A stretch of DNA of 63,483 nt, the filler included, from Octopus bimaculoides (lineage: Eukaryota), in the NCBI RefSeq assembly GCF_001194135.2. It is 4 parts of 4 records of this genome, joined end to end, with 100 filler letters (N's around TTAATTAATTAA, not from the genome) between each part and the next. Parts side by side here need not be neighbours in the genome. Positions count along the whole stretch, not along the records: positions 1 to 30,600 come from NC_068982.1; 3 more parts are not named here. One strand, written 5' to 3'. The notes under the pieces were generated by a model. The model did no database searches, had not been told where the DNA came from, and was given only the letters and a program-made list of their open reading frames with translations. The position numbers and the translations under genes were made by a program. Below are positions 15,146 to 28,900 of the stretch, one piece after another; within the stretch, counting starts at the first letter, position 1, and every line of letters begins with the position of its first letter.

Positions 15146-15146
<1 letters not shown>

Positions 15147-15347
15147 GTTTCAAATTTTGACGCAAGGCCAGCAAGTTCGAGGAGGAGTAAGTCAATTACA
15201 TTGACCTCAGTGTTCATCTGGTACTTATTTTATCGGCCCCGAAAGGATGAAAGACAAACTCGAGACCTGCAGAATTTGAATTCAGAAAGTAAAAACGGGT
15301 GAAATGCCGCTAAGTGCTTGGACCGACATTCTAACGTCTCTGCCAGC
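15146..15347 (-). mobile_element. Family-B SINE
   Basis: Same body and boxes as 1270-1511; its 3' end abuts the (TAA)n tract. Confidence 0.8.
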
Positions 15348-17063
15348 AACAACAAAAATTGTCTCATATTTCGTGACAGGATTCGATCCGCAGTACATTA
15401 CAACTATTAAGGCATAATCATCCTTCATTCCAGAGAGCATAACAGTAGTTACTGAAATAATCTCAAGCAAAACTGAACATGGTCCGTAATTTTGATTCCC
15501 ATGTGACAAATAATTTCGTTGCTTTCCCAATGAATATTAGGAACACTACGAAGAGTATCACGAAAAGTGGAAATTTTAAGTATTACTACGTTGAATTTGA
15601 GGCGAATTTTACAGTCTAGAGTATCACCACAGTAGACGATCTCAACTAAATCTCAAGTAAATGATCTCAACTAAGTTGTGATAAAGTTTTTATAAAGAAA
15701 AGGTTCACTAAGTTTTAGACTGTAACCATTAATATCATCAATATTAAAGGTTATAGAAAATTCTGCTGCAACCAAACGGTTATTTTCCTTCGTTGCTTCG
15801 GTAATGAAAAAGCTATTCATTCATATATATAATCAAAAATGCGATATTTATTGAACAACTGATTTGGATTAATTTTAACGGGATATTTAAACGTAGATTC
15901 TTTAATGAATTCTTTGCATCTAAATTAACGTAGGAACTTATGTAGGAGTTTATCGTGGTTTACTCGAAATCAATGTATGAAACAGTGTATCGTAGATACC
16001 CATAAAACAACAAACGAATCGAATAATTCTTAGTGCCTGGAATAAGGTACAGTTTTAATGTCTTGATGGATTCTATGATACGCTAACAGGTTTATGGAGC
16101 AGTATTCTTTCAGTAGCACGTATGTGTCTCAAAAAAAAATAATAAAATCATAAATTGCATTTCTTTAATAATATTTTCGAAACACCATAATTTTATAACA
16201 ATTAACGCTAGAGCAGGAATATTTACTTTGTTTTAAGTACTATATAGAACACGAAGTTATACTCGCTTCATCTTACCTCCTGAATTGAGTACATTGTAGA
16301 AGATAGTTTCATACTTTCAGTGAACAAAATTCTATAGTTTAAATATTTGTAAGATAATTTGAAACTTCATGAATATATGAGAAAATTAAATGATTTACTG
16401 CGGCGCCATGTTGCCAATGTAAATATTTTATTATATAAACTACACTACGCAAGCATTTCCTGGAGGAAAACATTGGTTTATCTGCACTATAACAGCGATG
16501 GTCCAAATATATGTAATATGTTCTTATTTTGTAATGGCCTCTTCCTATTTTGGTAATAAAGTTTCGACCATTGTGTGTTGCATTTGCTTTACTATGACGT
16601 CTGGGTATTCATACGAATTTTACATCATAACCTTTCAGAAAATAAAATTATTGTTGTTTCTAGAGTGTTTTTCGGGCAGTATTACTATTATTACATGAAC
16701 TTAAAGTTAATAATATATTATTGCATCTGTACGACTTTTAATACAGCTATACTTGGACGGAGAACTTACAAACAACAAATGCATTAAATCATCCGAGCTG
16801 TTATATCAATGTATGACATACACATTCAATAGGGGTTTACGTGAGATCGTACCAAAGAAAGTCTACTTTTAGTTATTCGAGATCAAAGCTTTACAAGCGT
16901 CGCTGCTCCAAAACGGAGACAAGAGACACAAAATAACAACAGAGAAAAGTTTTAGTTTCGAGTAAATCAACGTGTATTGGGTACTTTTCCATCATTTATA
17001 AATTCAAATACATTTGCACACACACACAGATACATATATATTCAGACAGACAGACAGACAGAC

Positions 17064-17127
<64 letters not shown>

Positions 17128-17972
17128 TACTAACTTTTAAAACTTTTATAAACAGAAAGACATAGAACTACACTACTTAAAGCTTCACGGACGTGAGAAG
17201 TACACCTTTGGATGCGTAATTCTGATTTCTGAAGTGGTCATGAATTCTATATAAGTAGTTGATATTGACAGTGTGACCCTTTCTCACTGGCCGATTCATA
17301 GTAATGGGATCTTGACGGTTCCTGTCAGTTAGTACCGGATGCTGACTCCCTCCTTTTACTTAGAAATTCAAGTGAAATTGCCGTGAAAATACATGTTTCA
17401 ATCAACTTAGTTTCAATAAGTTTTATAGGATAGTATTAAAAGTCAGTAACTTTGAATGATCATATCAGTGTTGGGTAACATGGGAGCTGATCTTTTTTGT
17501 TTAGTAATAGAGCAATCTATTGCGATATGTGGAGCTAACATTATTGACTGGATTGGCATTAGCCAAGGGAAAGCCACAAACCTCCGTTAAATACTTAAAA
17601 TTACCCAACAAAGAGAAACAAAATTCTTTTGCACTTTCTCGCAAAGAAACAGCTCATTAATACTTTAACAAGAACCCTGTTCTATATTTTATGACCATCA
17701 ACGGAACATTCCCTACAAGATATTTCAAGGTATATCTAGATTTTACGTCACCATTCACCTCGTCAGCTGCTGTTGAACTACCGAAACAGTTTACACGTTT
17801 AACCACGTTATACATATACATGCACACGCATGTGTGCGTGCGTATAGATATGTATACATTTATCCATACATACGCACACCTATACAGATAGATAGACAGG
17901 CAAAGGGACGGATGGACATAGCGACAGACACACAGACACACACAAATAGATAGATAAACAGACAGACAGACA

Positions 17973-18024
<52 letters not shown>

Positions 18025-18049
18025 GACAGACAGACAGACAGACAGATAG

Positions 18050-18647
18050 ATAGATAGATAACTTTCTTTTATTAGCCTCACAGGGCTGCACACAGAGGGG
18101 ACAAATACAACTGTAGAGCTTTTCNNNNNNNNNNNNNNNNNNNNNNNNNNNNNNNNNNNNNNNNNNNNNNNNNNNNNNNNNNNNNNNNNNNNNNNNNNNN
18201 NNNNNNNNNNNNNNNNNNNNNNNNNNNNNNNNNNNNNNNNNNNNNNNNNNNNNNNNNNNNNNNNNNNNNNNNNNNNNNNNNNNNNNNNNNNNNNNNNNNN
18301 NNNNNNNNNNNNNNNNNNNNNNNNNNNNNNNNNNNNNNNNNNNNNNNNNNNNNNNNNNNNNNNNNNNNNNNNNNNNNNNNNNNNNNNNNNNNNNNNNNNN
18401 NNNNNNNNNNNNNNNNNNNNNNNNNNNNNNNNNNNNNNNNNNNNNNNNNNNNNNNNNNNNNNNNNNNNNNNNNNNNNNNNNNNNNNNNNNNNNNNNNNNN
18501 NNNNNNNNNNNNNNNNNNNNNNNNNNNNNNNNNNNNNNNNNNNNNNNNNNNNNNNNNNNNNNNNNNNNNNNNNNNNNNNNNNNNNNNNNNNNNNNNNNNN
18601 NNNNNNNNNNNNNNNNNNNNNNNNNNNNNNNNNNNNNNNNNNNNNNN

Positions 18648-18694
<47 letters not shown>

Positions 18695-18870
18695 CATTTC
18701 TTTTATTAGCCACACAGGGCTCAACGAAGATGGGGCAAATACAATGTAGAGCTTTTCTTTTTGGGAGGGGGAAGGAAGGAAAAAAAAAATTGGTGGTGTC
18801 GATCAAAAGGGATCGTAGGAAGGGAAAAAGGGGGAGTTCGATCAAAAGGGATCGAAAAAAAAAAAAAAGA
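18050..18870 (-). mobile_element. Two tandem 3'-end copies (18050-18124, 18690-18870) of an (ATCT)n-tailed retroelement
   Basis: Both read ..GAAAAGCTCTACA..TATTTG..GGCTAATAAAAGAAA then (ATCT)n on minus. A plus-strand copy lies at 55362-55520. Confidence 0.7.
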
Positions 18871-19217
18871 TAGATAGATAGATAGATATGGAGTTTGACC
18901 TGATCTGTTACAATTTGTAACTGGAAAGTTATGCTATAGAGATAAAGCAAGTAGAAATTTTAAAGCTAGAATGGAAAATGTATTTACGTATATAATTTGA
19001 GAGCTTCGTAATTGGCTGACGCCATTAGCGTGATTGTAAACGCAATCGCTGGTGCGAATGGTATCATTGTGTTTCAAGTCTGTCAGTGCGGTGGTTACTG
19101 ACTTATAGAACCTGATATCATTATACACACACACACTCACGCTCACACTCACAAACACGCGCGTACATGACTATGATTGTGTATATGGATAGTTATACAT
19201 ATATATATGAATGCAAG

Positions 19218-19249
<32 letters not shown>

Positions 19250-19398
19250 TATATATGTGTATACATAAATTCAGGCGCATATATATACATAGAGAGAGAA
19301 GGATGAGGAGGAGAAAGAAGAGAATAAAAATAACTCATAGACAGATGTATACATATATACATATATACATAGACAAAAAGACAGACAGACAGACATAC

Positions 19399-19481
<83 letters not shown>

Positions 19482-22400
19482 AAAGTAGGTAGGTAAGTAG
19501 GTAGGTGGGTAGGTAGATAAACAGAAAGATAAGTCAGTAGACAATGAAATAAATGGTTAATATACACGGGAAAATTTTATGAGAAAATACAAATTGCATA
19601 ATGGATAAATAATAAAACTAAAACGTTTCATCAATAACATGGGGGTATGTGTGTAAAGAATATTTAAACTTATATAACTATGAACTTTAATGGACCATCT
19701 TTAGTGTACTATAGGCATCAGGAGATATAGTAAAATCACGAAATTCGATCATTAAAATGAAACGAGTTCAGGTGTCCATTTACACATAATCTACGTAATA
19801 GCATTTTGAGAATCACGTTTATTCTTGTGCAAGAGACGACTGTGTTTGCGGAATAATTTTATTATCTCAACAAGCAAACTAAAGCTCTGTAATGTCTACC
19901 AATAAATAAATATTTCAAAGTTATTAATACTCGGTACTGACATATTGCATTCGGCGTACATTCTAACTTTATAAAAATATGTCAGTATTGAATAGAAAAA
20001 TATGTTACATGTTGAATGATCAAACTATAGTTTTCGGCTTATCGATTCCTTTATAAATCACAACAGCTAATTGTCTTGACGTATCGATCAAACACAGAGA
20101 AGCTGCAATCATAAAGTATTACATGATTGTTTATTTTACTGAGTAGCGACGCCAGAGAGGAAGAGATTAATATTCTACAAAACGAGATTTCAACTACCGT
20201 TTGGAGTCACTTCACTTCCATTAAGTCACTAATACAGTTGGGAAATGCATGAACGTATCAATTCCTGTTATTTCTCTTTTAAAACGTATATAGAGCTTTT
20301 ATAACAAATCAATCAAACATTAAGCGTTGTAGAACACGAAGATAGCAAGTCAAAATACTGTCAGGTTTCGATTATCTATTGTAGTATGTTTATTTATAAC
20401 TCTAAAACTATTTTGAAAGATATGAACATCATACATCATTTTTCAGTTCTTGAAGATATAGACCTTTGTATCTAGTCCAGAAAAACTAGTGGCCAGATTC
20501 TGTTGATCCGAGTTCATTGCCACTTTTTTGTTTCTTAGCTGTAGCTTTTTACTTCCCAAGTGTCGTTTAGAATTTCATTGATTACCAACTCCCTAAAAGT
20601 TGAACCTTTATTCTTTATTCTTGCACATGAAATCAAATGACTAGAGTGAATATGACTCGTAAACAATTTAATAACATCAACTCTTCTTAGATACCTCACT
20701 AGGGTCAGTTTTGTCCTTTACCCGTTTGTCATTGATATAATAAGCGATATAAACATAATACCCTTTATTCAATCGACTACATTGTTTCATTAGAAAATCT
20801 GAGACTCTTCTTACTCAAATCAATGTTTTCAAACCGCAATAGCAGACTCGCTGTCTATGTAGAATTTATTGTCTTTTATATCCAAATACCAATGGGATCG
20901 AAATTGCTGTATTTCTAATTATTGTGGCCGATAAATTACAAACTAACGTTTGAAATTACATTATTCTGAATTTTGGTTTTGCGCTTAGTAAAAAGGAGAA
21001 TATGTACCAGTAATATAAAGAGAGCAAAATCATTTTTGAAACCGTTTTCTCTGCTATTTTATTTATAGAAAAAAAATTAAAACAATCACTATGACTTCGA
21101 AAACAAATTCGTAGTATTTAGAATTAATTTTGAAAATTTGATAAATTATGGTAAATTCTTTGTGGCGGCCGTCAAAAGGTGATTGAATATTAACCGGAGC
21201 TATTCCGATATTTGTTGAATATAGTAACAGATTGCTTTATTATGTATTAAATGTTATTCATAAGTTATCGATTATTTCGATGATTAATTCTAAAATCTAT
21301 GCGCTATATTTGACATTAATTATGCCGTATATATTTAGATATAGTTATTTCGTTAATTCTTGTATATCAGAGAATATTGTGAGACAAAGTTTATAGTTAA
21401 GTAACCAGGTTGGAAATCATCGAATGATAATGAAACAATGCAATGTGCTATATTGCGATTTAATGAGGTATATAATTGATAGGGTGTATAAGTAGCTTTC
21501 CTCAATAAGGTGGGCCATTAAACATTCAGGAAATTGAACATTGGATAGCGGATGAGAAATTGAAAATAACACAATAGAACGATAAGATAGTATAAAGAAT
21601 ATTGAAAATATTGCAATAAAGTCTTGGTTAAGAGATGGGATATAGTGAATTGGCGATGAACGTACGACAAATGCTTACTAGACTGAATGACAATTTGCCA
21701 AAAGATCATCAATCATAACAATATTAAATCATGTTGAGTTGGAAAACTGATTTCTATGGAGGCTAGTAATAGTGGTGTCAGGAGAGTTGTTCTCAATTTA
21801 TAGGTATTTCTAGAAAGGCGCCAATTTAAAGTTTGGGTCAGTAGTGAAATACATGATTAAGTAGAATAGCAGACCCACTCTAGACTATGGTTACAGTTTC
21901 TATCATTAAAACTTATCACTAAATGCCATAAAGTATACTATATCAAGCAATAAATACTCGATAACCGCAGCAAATATTTTCAAAATAATACAGGTTTTGT
22001 CTTATTTACCATGCCTTTTTGTCAAAATCATACCATATACAAAATAAAATACATTTCACTTATTGATTTATGATACCTCTCTATTTCTTTCCCTTGTATA
22101 TATTTATGCGTGCTCGTGTGTTTCTATGTTTATATGCACGCACATATACCAGCATAAACACCTATACACATACAGTAATCACCGTGTTACGACTAACTCA
22201 GGATACGAGGTTTCGCGCTGACGGAAGTTTTAAAGTATGTCCAGCAGTTTCAGGATATGGTCTTTAAATTTGCCCTAACGGAAACTCGGAGGAATTTTAA
22301 CGGTTTAAAACTACATGTTCCTTTTAGTCCACAACTCACTTCTCTGTGTTTTAATTATCAAGGTATTGTTGATAATAGGAAATAGTATAACCCCAATATA

Positions 22401-22701
22401 TACATACATGTATATATATACTGTGTCTATGTGTGTCTGCGTGTGTCTGCGTGTGTTTGCGTGTGTCTGCGTATGTCAGCGTGTGTCTGCATATGTCTGC
22501 AAGTGTCTGTGTGTGTACATGCGCATGTCCGTGTCTTTGTTATTAAAATACACTTATGGAATGTGAGGTGGAATATTTCACATTGAATATTCGTGAGTGA
22601 ATGTCTTTCAGTGTATTTTTGTGTCAAAATGAGTATTATTGGGTGCAATTTTACATCATACTCAGCACACACACAAAAACTAAGGTACAAGAAAACACGC
22701 A

Positions 22702-22760
<59 letters not shown>

Positions 22761-23489
22761 TCACTACCTTTGCCTTCTATCATCAAAGGACGAACGTCAT
22801 CAACAAATTCAAGGCACTCACCGCCATTACTAATCTATCAAATCTTTAATGATCGACAACAGTGGTAAGATTCTGAACATGATAAGCAACTCCATCGATA
22901 ATAAATGACAATCGCATATGATAATTGTACACGCTAATATATTTTAAAAGTTAAGTATTGACTTGAAACCAAACTGCAAGAATAATAAAATTAACTGAAA
23001 CAACATGAATACTACCAGCAATAACGCCCTTACTAATGCAATTACTTCCACTGCCAATACCAAATCAAGTACAACACCACCCCCACTTCAACCAATTTGC
23101 CACCTTTTGAATAACTCTATTGCAACACCAGTAATTATATCAGCATAACAATGTCTGTAGCTACACATGTTATATGTCAAGTCAATGGAGTATATGCGTA
23201 AGAGAGGGGAAGAGAGAGAAATAAAGTAGATGTGGAGACTTTAGAATCATGTGCAAGGAGGGTAGTGCCTATAAATCTGATAACCCTTGAAGCTAACTAT
23301 AATCAACAGTAATTTCGCCCTTTATTTCACATTTCCATATGCATAAAATTACATTTTTATGCTTTTACAAAAAGATTTTTTGTGCTATATATTTAATACA
23401 TATTATTTATGAATAATTGTTAACTGCGGTCTCTGTTGGATTTACATACAATTCAAGATATCTGGAAAGAAGTCATAAAATGGAAGCGG

Positions 23490-24020
23490 TAGTGCGGAAA
23501 TTGATCTTAAAAGTATCACACTGGATATCAAACTTCACATCTCAAACAAACTTGATACAGGTGTAAAAAATTTGCCACATTTCCAAAGTATTAAAACTCG
23601 CAATGTCTACAGTGTGAATGAAACATGACAGTGGAGAAAAAATTTCGTGAGGTGTTTAAGAAACTATTCCATTAATTGCTCAAAACTTCATTTTCTCTGC
23701 ACACTGATAGTAATTTTTAAAAAGTCAAATATTTGCATGAGGATTCACGTAAAAGGGAAAGTGCAATTCCCAATGAAAACATTTTCTGGTTACTAAAGGC
23801 TAGTTTGAAATCTTTAAGGAGTGCTTCAAACTGCACAAAATAACTGTGAACCTACCAGTGCTAATAGAGAGGATGCTACTAATTATCCTGAAGAGCTGAA
23901 GAAAATCATAGCTGAACCGGATTATACACAATTATACAATGTCGCTAAAAGTGCTCATATCTCGAAGCGCATGCCTGCTTGTATAGTTATTTTTTGAGAC
24001 GAAAAATCAACAACTCCTCC
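23490..24020 (+). mobile_element. Tigger/pogo transposase remnant
   Basis: ITLDIKLHISNKLDTG..LAMSTV (CENP-B HTH), then TKG*FEIFKECFKLHKIT / EPTSANREDATNYPEELKKIIAEPDYT.LYNVAKS..KRMP..DEK. Matches the Tigger SxGWFxxFK...GEAASAD..FPxxLKxII..QxFNxDETG..KxMP motif chain. Confidence 0.8.
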
Positions 24021-24409
24021 GATCAGAATTGCATACTTGCTGGAAACTATCCTCGTCTTCCACCCTCGTGACTAACTATGACTTAAGTAACATATTTGTT
24101 AAATAGAACCACCAACGATTACGAAGCCGATGAACAAATACATATATACATGTTCCAGGAAACAAAGCAATCTAAAGTAACTGCTCAATATAGACACAAG
24201 GCAAAACACAGTGAAAAGATATTTAAAGATGAAATCAAAACTAAACTCAAATAAATACTAATAGAGATAAGAAGAAAATTCTTATATACTGAATATTACA
24301 TATAGTTCTATATTCATGAAATGAACAGGTCTTAAATCCAACAAAAGTCCTGAACCAATAGGAGAAATGGAGGATCTGATTTTCTGTTTAAAAACTATTA
24401 GTGTCAAAC

Positions 24410-24790
24410 TATATGGTACTAATTACACCAAGCTCCAAATTGATAAGAGTAGTGTCTCCCTTTCGTAGGATGTGTGTCATTAAAAATGAAACAGTCTCAC
24501 ATATTGTGAGTGAGTGTAACAGATTGGCTCTAAAAGAATACAAAAGGAGACATGATGACGTAGCTAAGTGTGTTCATTGGAGATGTGTGAAATATATGAC
24601 CTTGAAAGGATATTGAAATAGTACAGGTATAAACCTAAAGACGTCACCGAGAATGATGAGTATAAGATATTGTTGAGTTTACAATCCAATGTGATTCAAA
24701 GATTGATACTCGGAGGTCAGACATTGTTGTAGTAGATATATAATGGAGGAAACCAAGATCATGGGAATTGCCATGTCTGGGCTTGTACGA
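24410..24790 (+). mobile_element. Second R4/Dong-type LINE fragment
   Basis: RMCVIKNETVSHIVSECNRLALKEYKRRHDDVAKCVHW / YKPKDVTENDEYKIL / TIQCDSKIDTRRSDIVVVD; homologous to 14365-15090. Confidence 0.85.
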
Positions 24791-24889
24791 GTGGGTAAAG
24801 ATGATTTTAACTGAGATTGGACAAACGTATCTGTCGATTACAGGGTATAATTCATTTATTGTTCTCTTTCTTCATTTTAAATTGTTTTG

Positions 24890-25510
24890 ATGCATTATGT
24901 CACTCAGTTCGAACTAGGCAATAACTTTCGCAAGATGTAAAATTAAGCTGTGCAGATTTAAGTGATTGTTTCAACTTATCCTTATACCTTAGTCTTCTTT
25001 ACCACGGAATTGCTCTATATGTTCGCCATACAAAAGAATTTTCGGAGTGCGATCCATTTTGCATTTGAGCAATATGTCCTGTCCGTCTGCATCTCATCCT
25101 CAACAACTTACTTTTGATACCGGAGTTTCCTAATTCTTTGTAAGTTTGTTTAATCCTTGTGAATTTGTTAATTCATCGGGAGTTTGTTAACTTCTCGTTG
25201 CCACTGTTGTAATCTAACGTCGGAGTATTGTAACGTTCACTCCGGTATAGCAGTCTGTACCGCATCCTCGACAACTTATTTTTGATACCGTAAATATCAC
25301 ATTTTCTAAACTTTTGACATTGCATATCTTACCATGCCATTTTATATTACAGATATTGCGCAGGTGGCGTACGTGAAAGGTTTTAAGCTTCTTTATATGT
25401 CCGTAGTAGGGAGTCCATGTTTTTGTACCATACAAAAGTGCACTTAAGATACAAAATTTGTATACACTTATTTTGGTTATCAAATTGATACCGTATTCGT
25501 CCCACAAAAG
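24890..25510 (-). mobile_element. RTE-clade LINE fragment (RT thumb to C-terminus)
   Basis: WDEYGINLITKISVYKFCILSALLYGTKTWTPYYGHIKKLKTFHVRHLRNICNIKW; further on TGHIAQM..TPKILLYGE..LRYKDKLKQSLK. Confidence 0.85.
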
Positions 25511-27525
25511 ATGATAATAATAATAATAATAATTTTCCTCCTACTGTCATCACTACTTTTATACTGACTTATATGAAATGAAGACGTAGTTAATTTTACT
25601 GTTCTTGATAAAGTTCACATGTAAACAACCTCTTATTAGTTTTCTATCATTGCTGTTGTTATTCGCCCGAAAGGCCTAGACAGGAAGTTTGTTTTGCATC
25701 TTAGTTATCATAATTTGGTATCACTAATAGATTGACATGGCTAATATATCATAAATTTTCATCTCTTCCGTTGTCTGCATCAAAACCGAGCCACAGGCAT
25801 GTTGTTTCTTTCTTAGCAATTATTCTTCATTATTCGAACTCAAAGACCGAGAAAAAGACTAGAACATTGATAGGTTTTAAATGTTAACAGCTCTACATCA
25901 AGATATCGATTGAACAATGCCACTGTAGCCAGTCCAGTTGATAATGCAAAAGATTGTAGATATATATACTGTGGGAGTAAATTCAATTAAATCAAATGTT
26001 GTGTATTAGAATTACTAAGTTTAACACGCTACAAGTTTATTAAAAGTAAGATCGAATGAATCAAGATTCGAACTCATGAAGGATGAAATTAAGTTCTGTG
26101 AATCTGTTTTTCCAGTCTCAGTTATTATTGCAAGAGTAGAAATTTGTTAAAAGTATCAAGTTTCATGAGGCTGTAATGTTGTGAATCCACAACACGAAAT
26201 GCTATAACAATTATTTATCAAACGGAATATTTGGCTCCACTAAATTTGGGGTGTTTAGTTTATTCCTCAAAAAGAGACAAAATTTCTCTGATATATAAAA
26301 TAAACGAAATGCTTTTTCCTCGGCAACAGTATTTTTTTAATTTATTCATTATATTTTATTTATTCATTTTATGTATCTATTTTGCATTGTTAACGAGCAA
26401 ATGACTTTGTAGCCACCATGTTTCTAGTATTCCATGGAAAATAACATGATATATCTATAATTAATAAATGTAAATAGTCAATGAAATAGTGTGAAAAATT
26501 ATATCAGACTTGTTTTTATTGCGCCATTGTCTTTTTTTTTTGTATATATTTCTTAGTGTTTTTCGTTTGTATATTTAAATTTTATCGTTGTTTGTTTTTC
26601 ATTGCTGTTCGTGTTGATGTAATTTCGTTACTTCCTTGTTTATTTGAAATGATGTCGATTATTTTACATTTTATAACTAACATGTATTGCCAGGCAGTTG
26701 GCGCCAGTGAGCTTCCATACATAAAGGACGTAAGCGCCGAAACCTAAACAGCGGAATAAGAGAAATGAACAGCTTTTGCTTAGTTTAGATATTCATCATT
26801 GACTGAAAGAATGAAGAATTGGGTTAAATTGTTGTTTAGTATATTTTGCTTGATATATTATTTGTTCGCTCAAAAAATACTTTAAACATAAATCTACCTT
26901 CTTAATCTGTTTTTCTTTCATTCTTATATTTTCTTATGTTAAAAGCAACAACGTAAAATAAATGGAATAAAACTAATCAAAATATTTAAAACTCGAACTA
27001 ATCCCAGCCGAAGCAAATAATAATCGTTATAAAGTAAATCATTTACTTAATAATAATATAAAACTTTCCGAACCATTAATCAGAATAATCAAGCATATTC
27101 ATGTTGCCAATACCTTTTCTGTATACCCTGCGCTCTCTTGACGTAAATAAGATTCACAAACAACTTCATGACAGATACATATTTAAAAAAGATTCTAAAA
27201 AATAGTGGATAAATCCTTATATATAATTCATTTTCTTTTAAAATACATCGTAGACATATTGTTAACACATCTTTACTAAAAGAGAATATACAAATTTAAT
27301 GCAAAGTTTACACATTTGTTCTATATATATGAATACAAAAATAATGTATTTTTCGAATACCTCGCATTATGTTGCGTGTTTGTAGTCAATGAATCATATC
27401 CTTTTATAACTGATCTCGTTATAAGCAAAACCTTATTCAAAGCAAATAAGCTACCATATTTCAATAACAAATGCATCCTAAATTTCATCTCCGTACACTA
27501 TTTCATGTTCAATATTATATATCTA

Positions 27526-27740
27526 AGGCGGCGAAATAACTGAATCGTTAGCATGCAAGGCAAGGTGTTTAGCGATATTTCGTCTGTCTTTATGTTATGG
27601 GTTCAAATTCTGACGGGGTTTATTTTGCCTTTCATCCTTACAGGGTCGATAAAATAAGTACCAGTTGATTACTGGGGTCGATGTAATCGACTTATCTCTC
27701 TACTCCGAGCTGGCAGACCATGTACCAAAATTTGAAACCT
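27526..27740 (+). mobile_element. Family-B SINE
   Basis: GGCGGCGAAATAACTGAATCGTTAGCA..GGGTTCAAATTC..CCTTTCATCCTTACAGGGTCGATAAAATAAGTACCAG..AAAATTTGAAACC. Confidence 0.85.
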
Positions 27741-27804
27741 ACTTATATCTAAGTAAAACATCGTAGAAATTTGTAAATGCATGTTTGTGTGTGTGTGTTT
27801 GGTA

Positions 27805-28130
27805 AGAGCAAAAATAAGTGCTTTCCTACAGAAGAAGAATCTAGATTGCAGCCAGCATGGTTTTCGTTGTGGTAGAGATTGTCTAACACAGATCCTCCAC
27901 TACTTTGATGATATTTCAACTGTTTTAAGACAGGTTTTCGTCACAGATGTGATATATCTTGACTTCAGTCATGCTTGCGACTGAGTCATCGCAGCATTTC
28001 GTAGAAAAAGAAACCAGCATCCTAATCCGCCGAAAAACACTGCTACGTTTTAAATAAATATCTCTTGACCAACAGAATCCAACATGTGATCGACAGAGTT
28101 TACTTGAGATTAGTAAAACTCATAAACGGT
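27805..28130 (+). mobile_element. CR1/jockey-like LINE reverse-transcriptase fragment
   Basis: QHGFRCGRDCLTQILHYFDDI..TDVIYLDFSHACD matches the QHGFRxGRSCxTQL..DxIYLDFxKAFD RT motifs. Confidence 0.85.
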
Positions 28131-28189
28131 ATCTCCTTGACGTGGATCCACATCTGTTTACTTTCAATATTACAAGATGAATTCCTGAA

Positions 28190-28900
28190 GTTTTCAAACT
28201 TTCTCAGTAGAGCCATTTATTGATTTCAAAGAAGCACTGAAACTCTGTTCCCCTTCAAAGTAGGATCCTCTGATTGCAATGCACTTGTAACACTGCGGCC
28301 ACTTTGTAATAGTCCCATGGAAGTCATACATAGAAAATTGTCCAGGATCGTTATCACAGTTTGCCTCATCTTCAAAGCGACAATCCCTTCACTTTCGGAG
28401 ACAACTAAAAGTCACATGGAGCATGATCTGAACCTTACAGATATTGAGGGGCTGTTCTGATGCCCTTTTTTGTCAAGTAGTTGGTTACCAGGATGCTCGT
28501 CACTGAGAAACTTTGCGCAAATTTTGCACATGTTCCGATATTTATGAATTATTCTGTGTACAGTAGTCATACCAACTCGAAACTATTGCCTTATTGTCTT
28601 CATAGGCACACGACCGTCCTCAGCCAGAAAATTGCCAATTTTCTCGACCAGGTCTGATGTTTTGACTTCCCTCTCCCTTCCACACATCTTATTGTCTCTC
28701 ATTTCCTTTCTATCTTCTTTCAGCCATTTGTACCAGCGAAAAAGCTAAATGTATAAGCAGTCTGCAGGATTTCATAAGTCTCTCTAGCATCTATGCTCTG
28801 TCTAACACAAAATTTTATTGCATGGCAAGCTTCTAAAGTCTTCACATCCTGACTGCCTTCTACAATCTAGTCAGCTGTAACAGGCAGAGTTTAACAAAAT
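28190..28900 (-). mobile_element. Mariner transposase remnant with the DDE core internally deleted
   Basis: N-terminal AIKFCVRQSIDARETYEILQTAY..RWYKWL..GREREVKT..EDGRV..GMTTVHRIIH..KICAKF; C-terminal DHAPCDF*LSPKVKG..KWPQCYKCIAIRGSYFEG. Confidence 0.85.
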
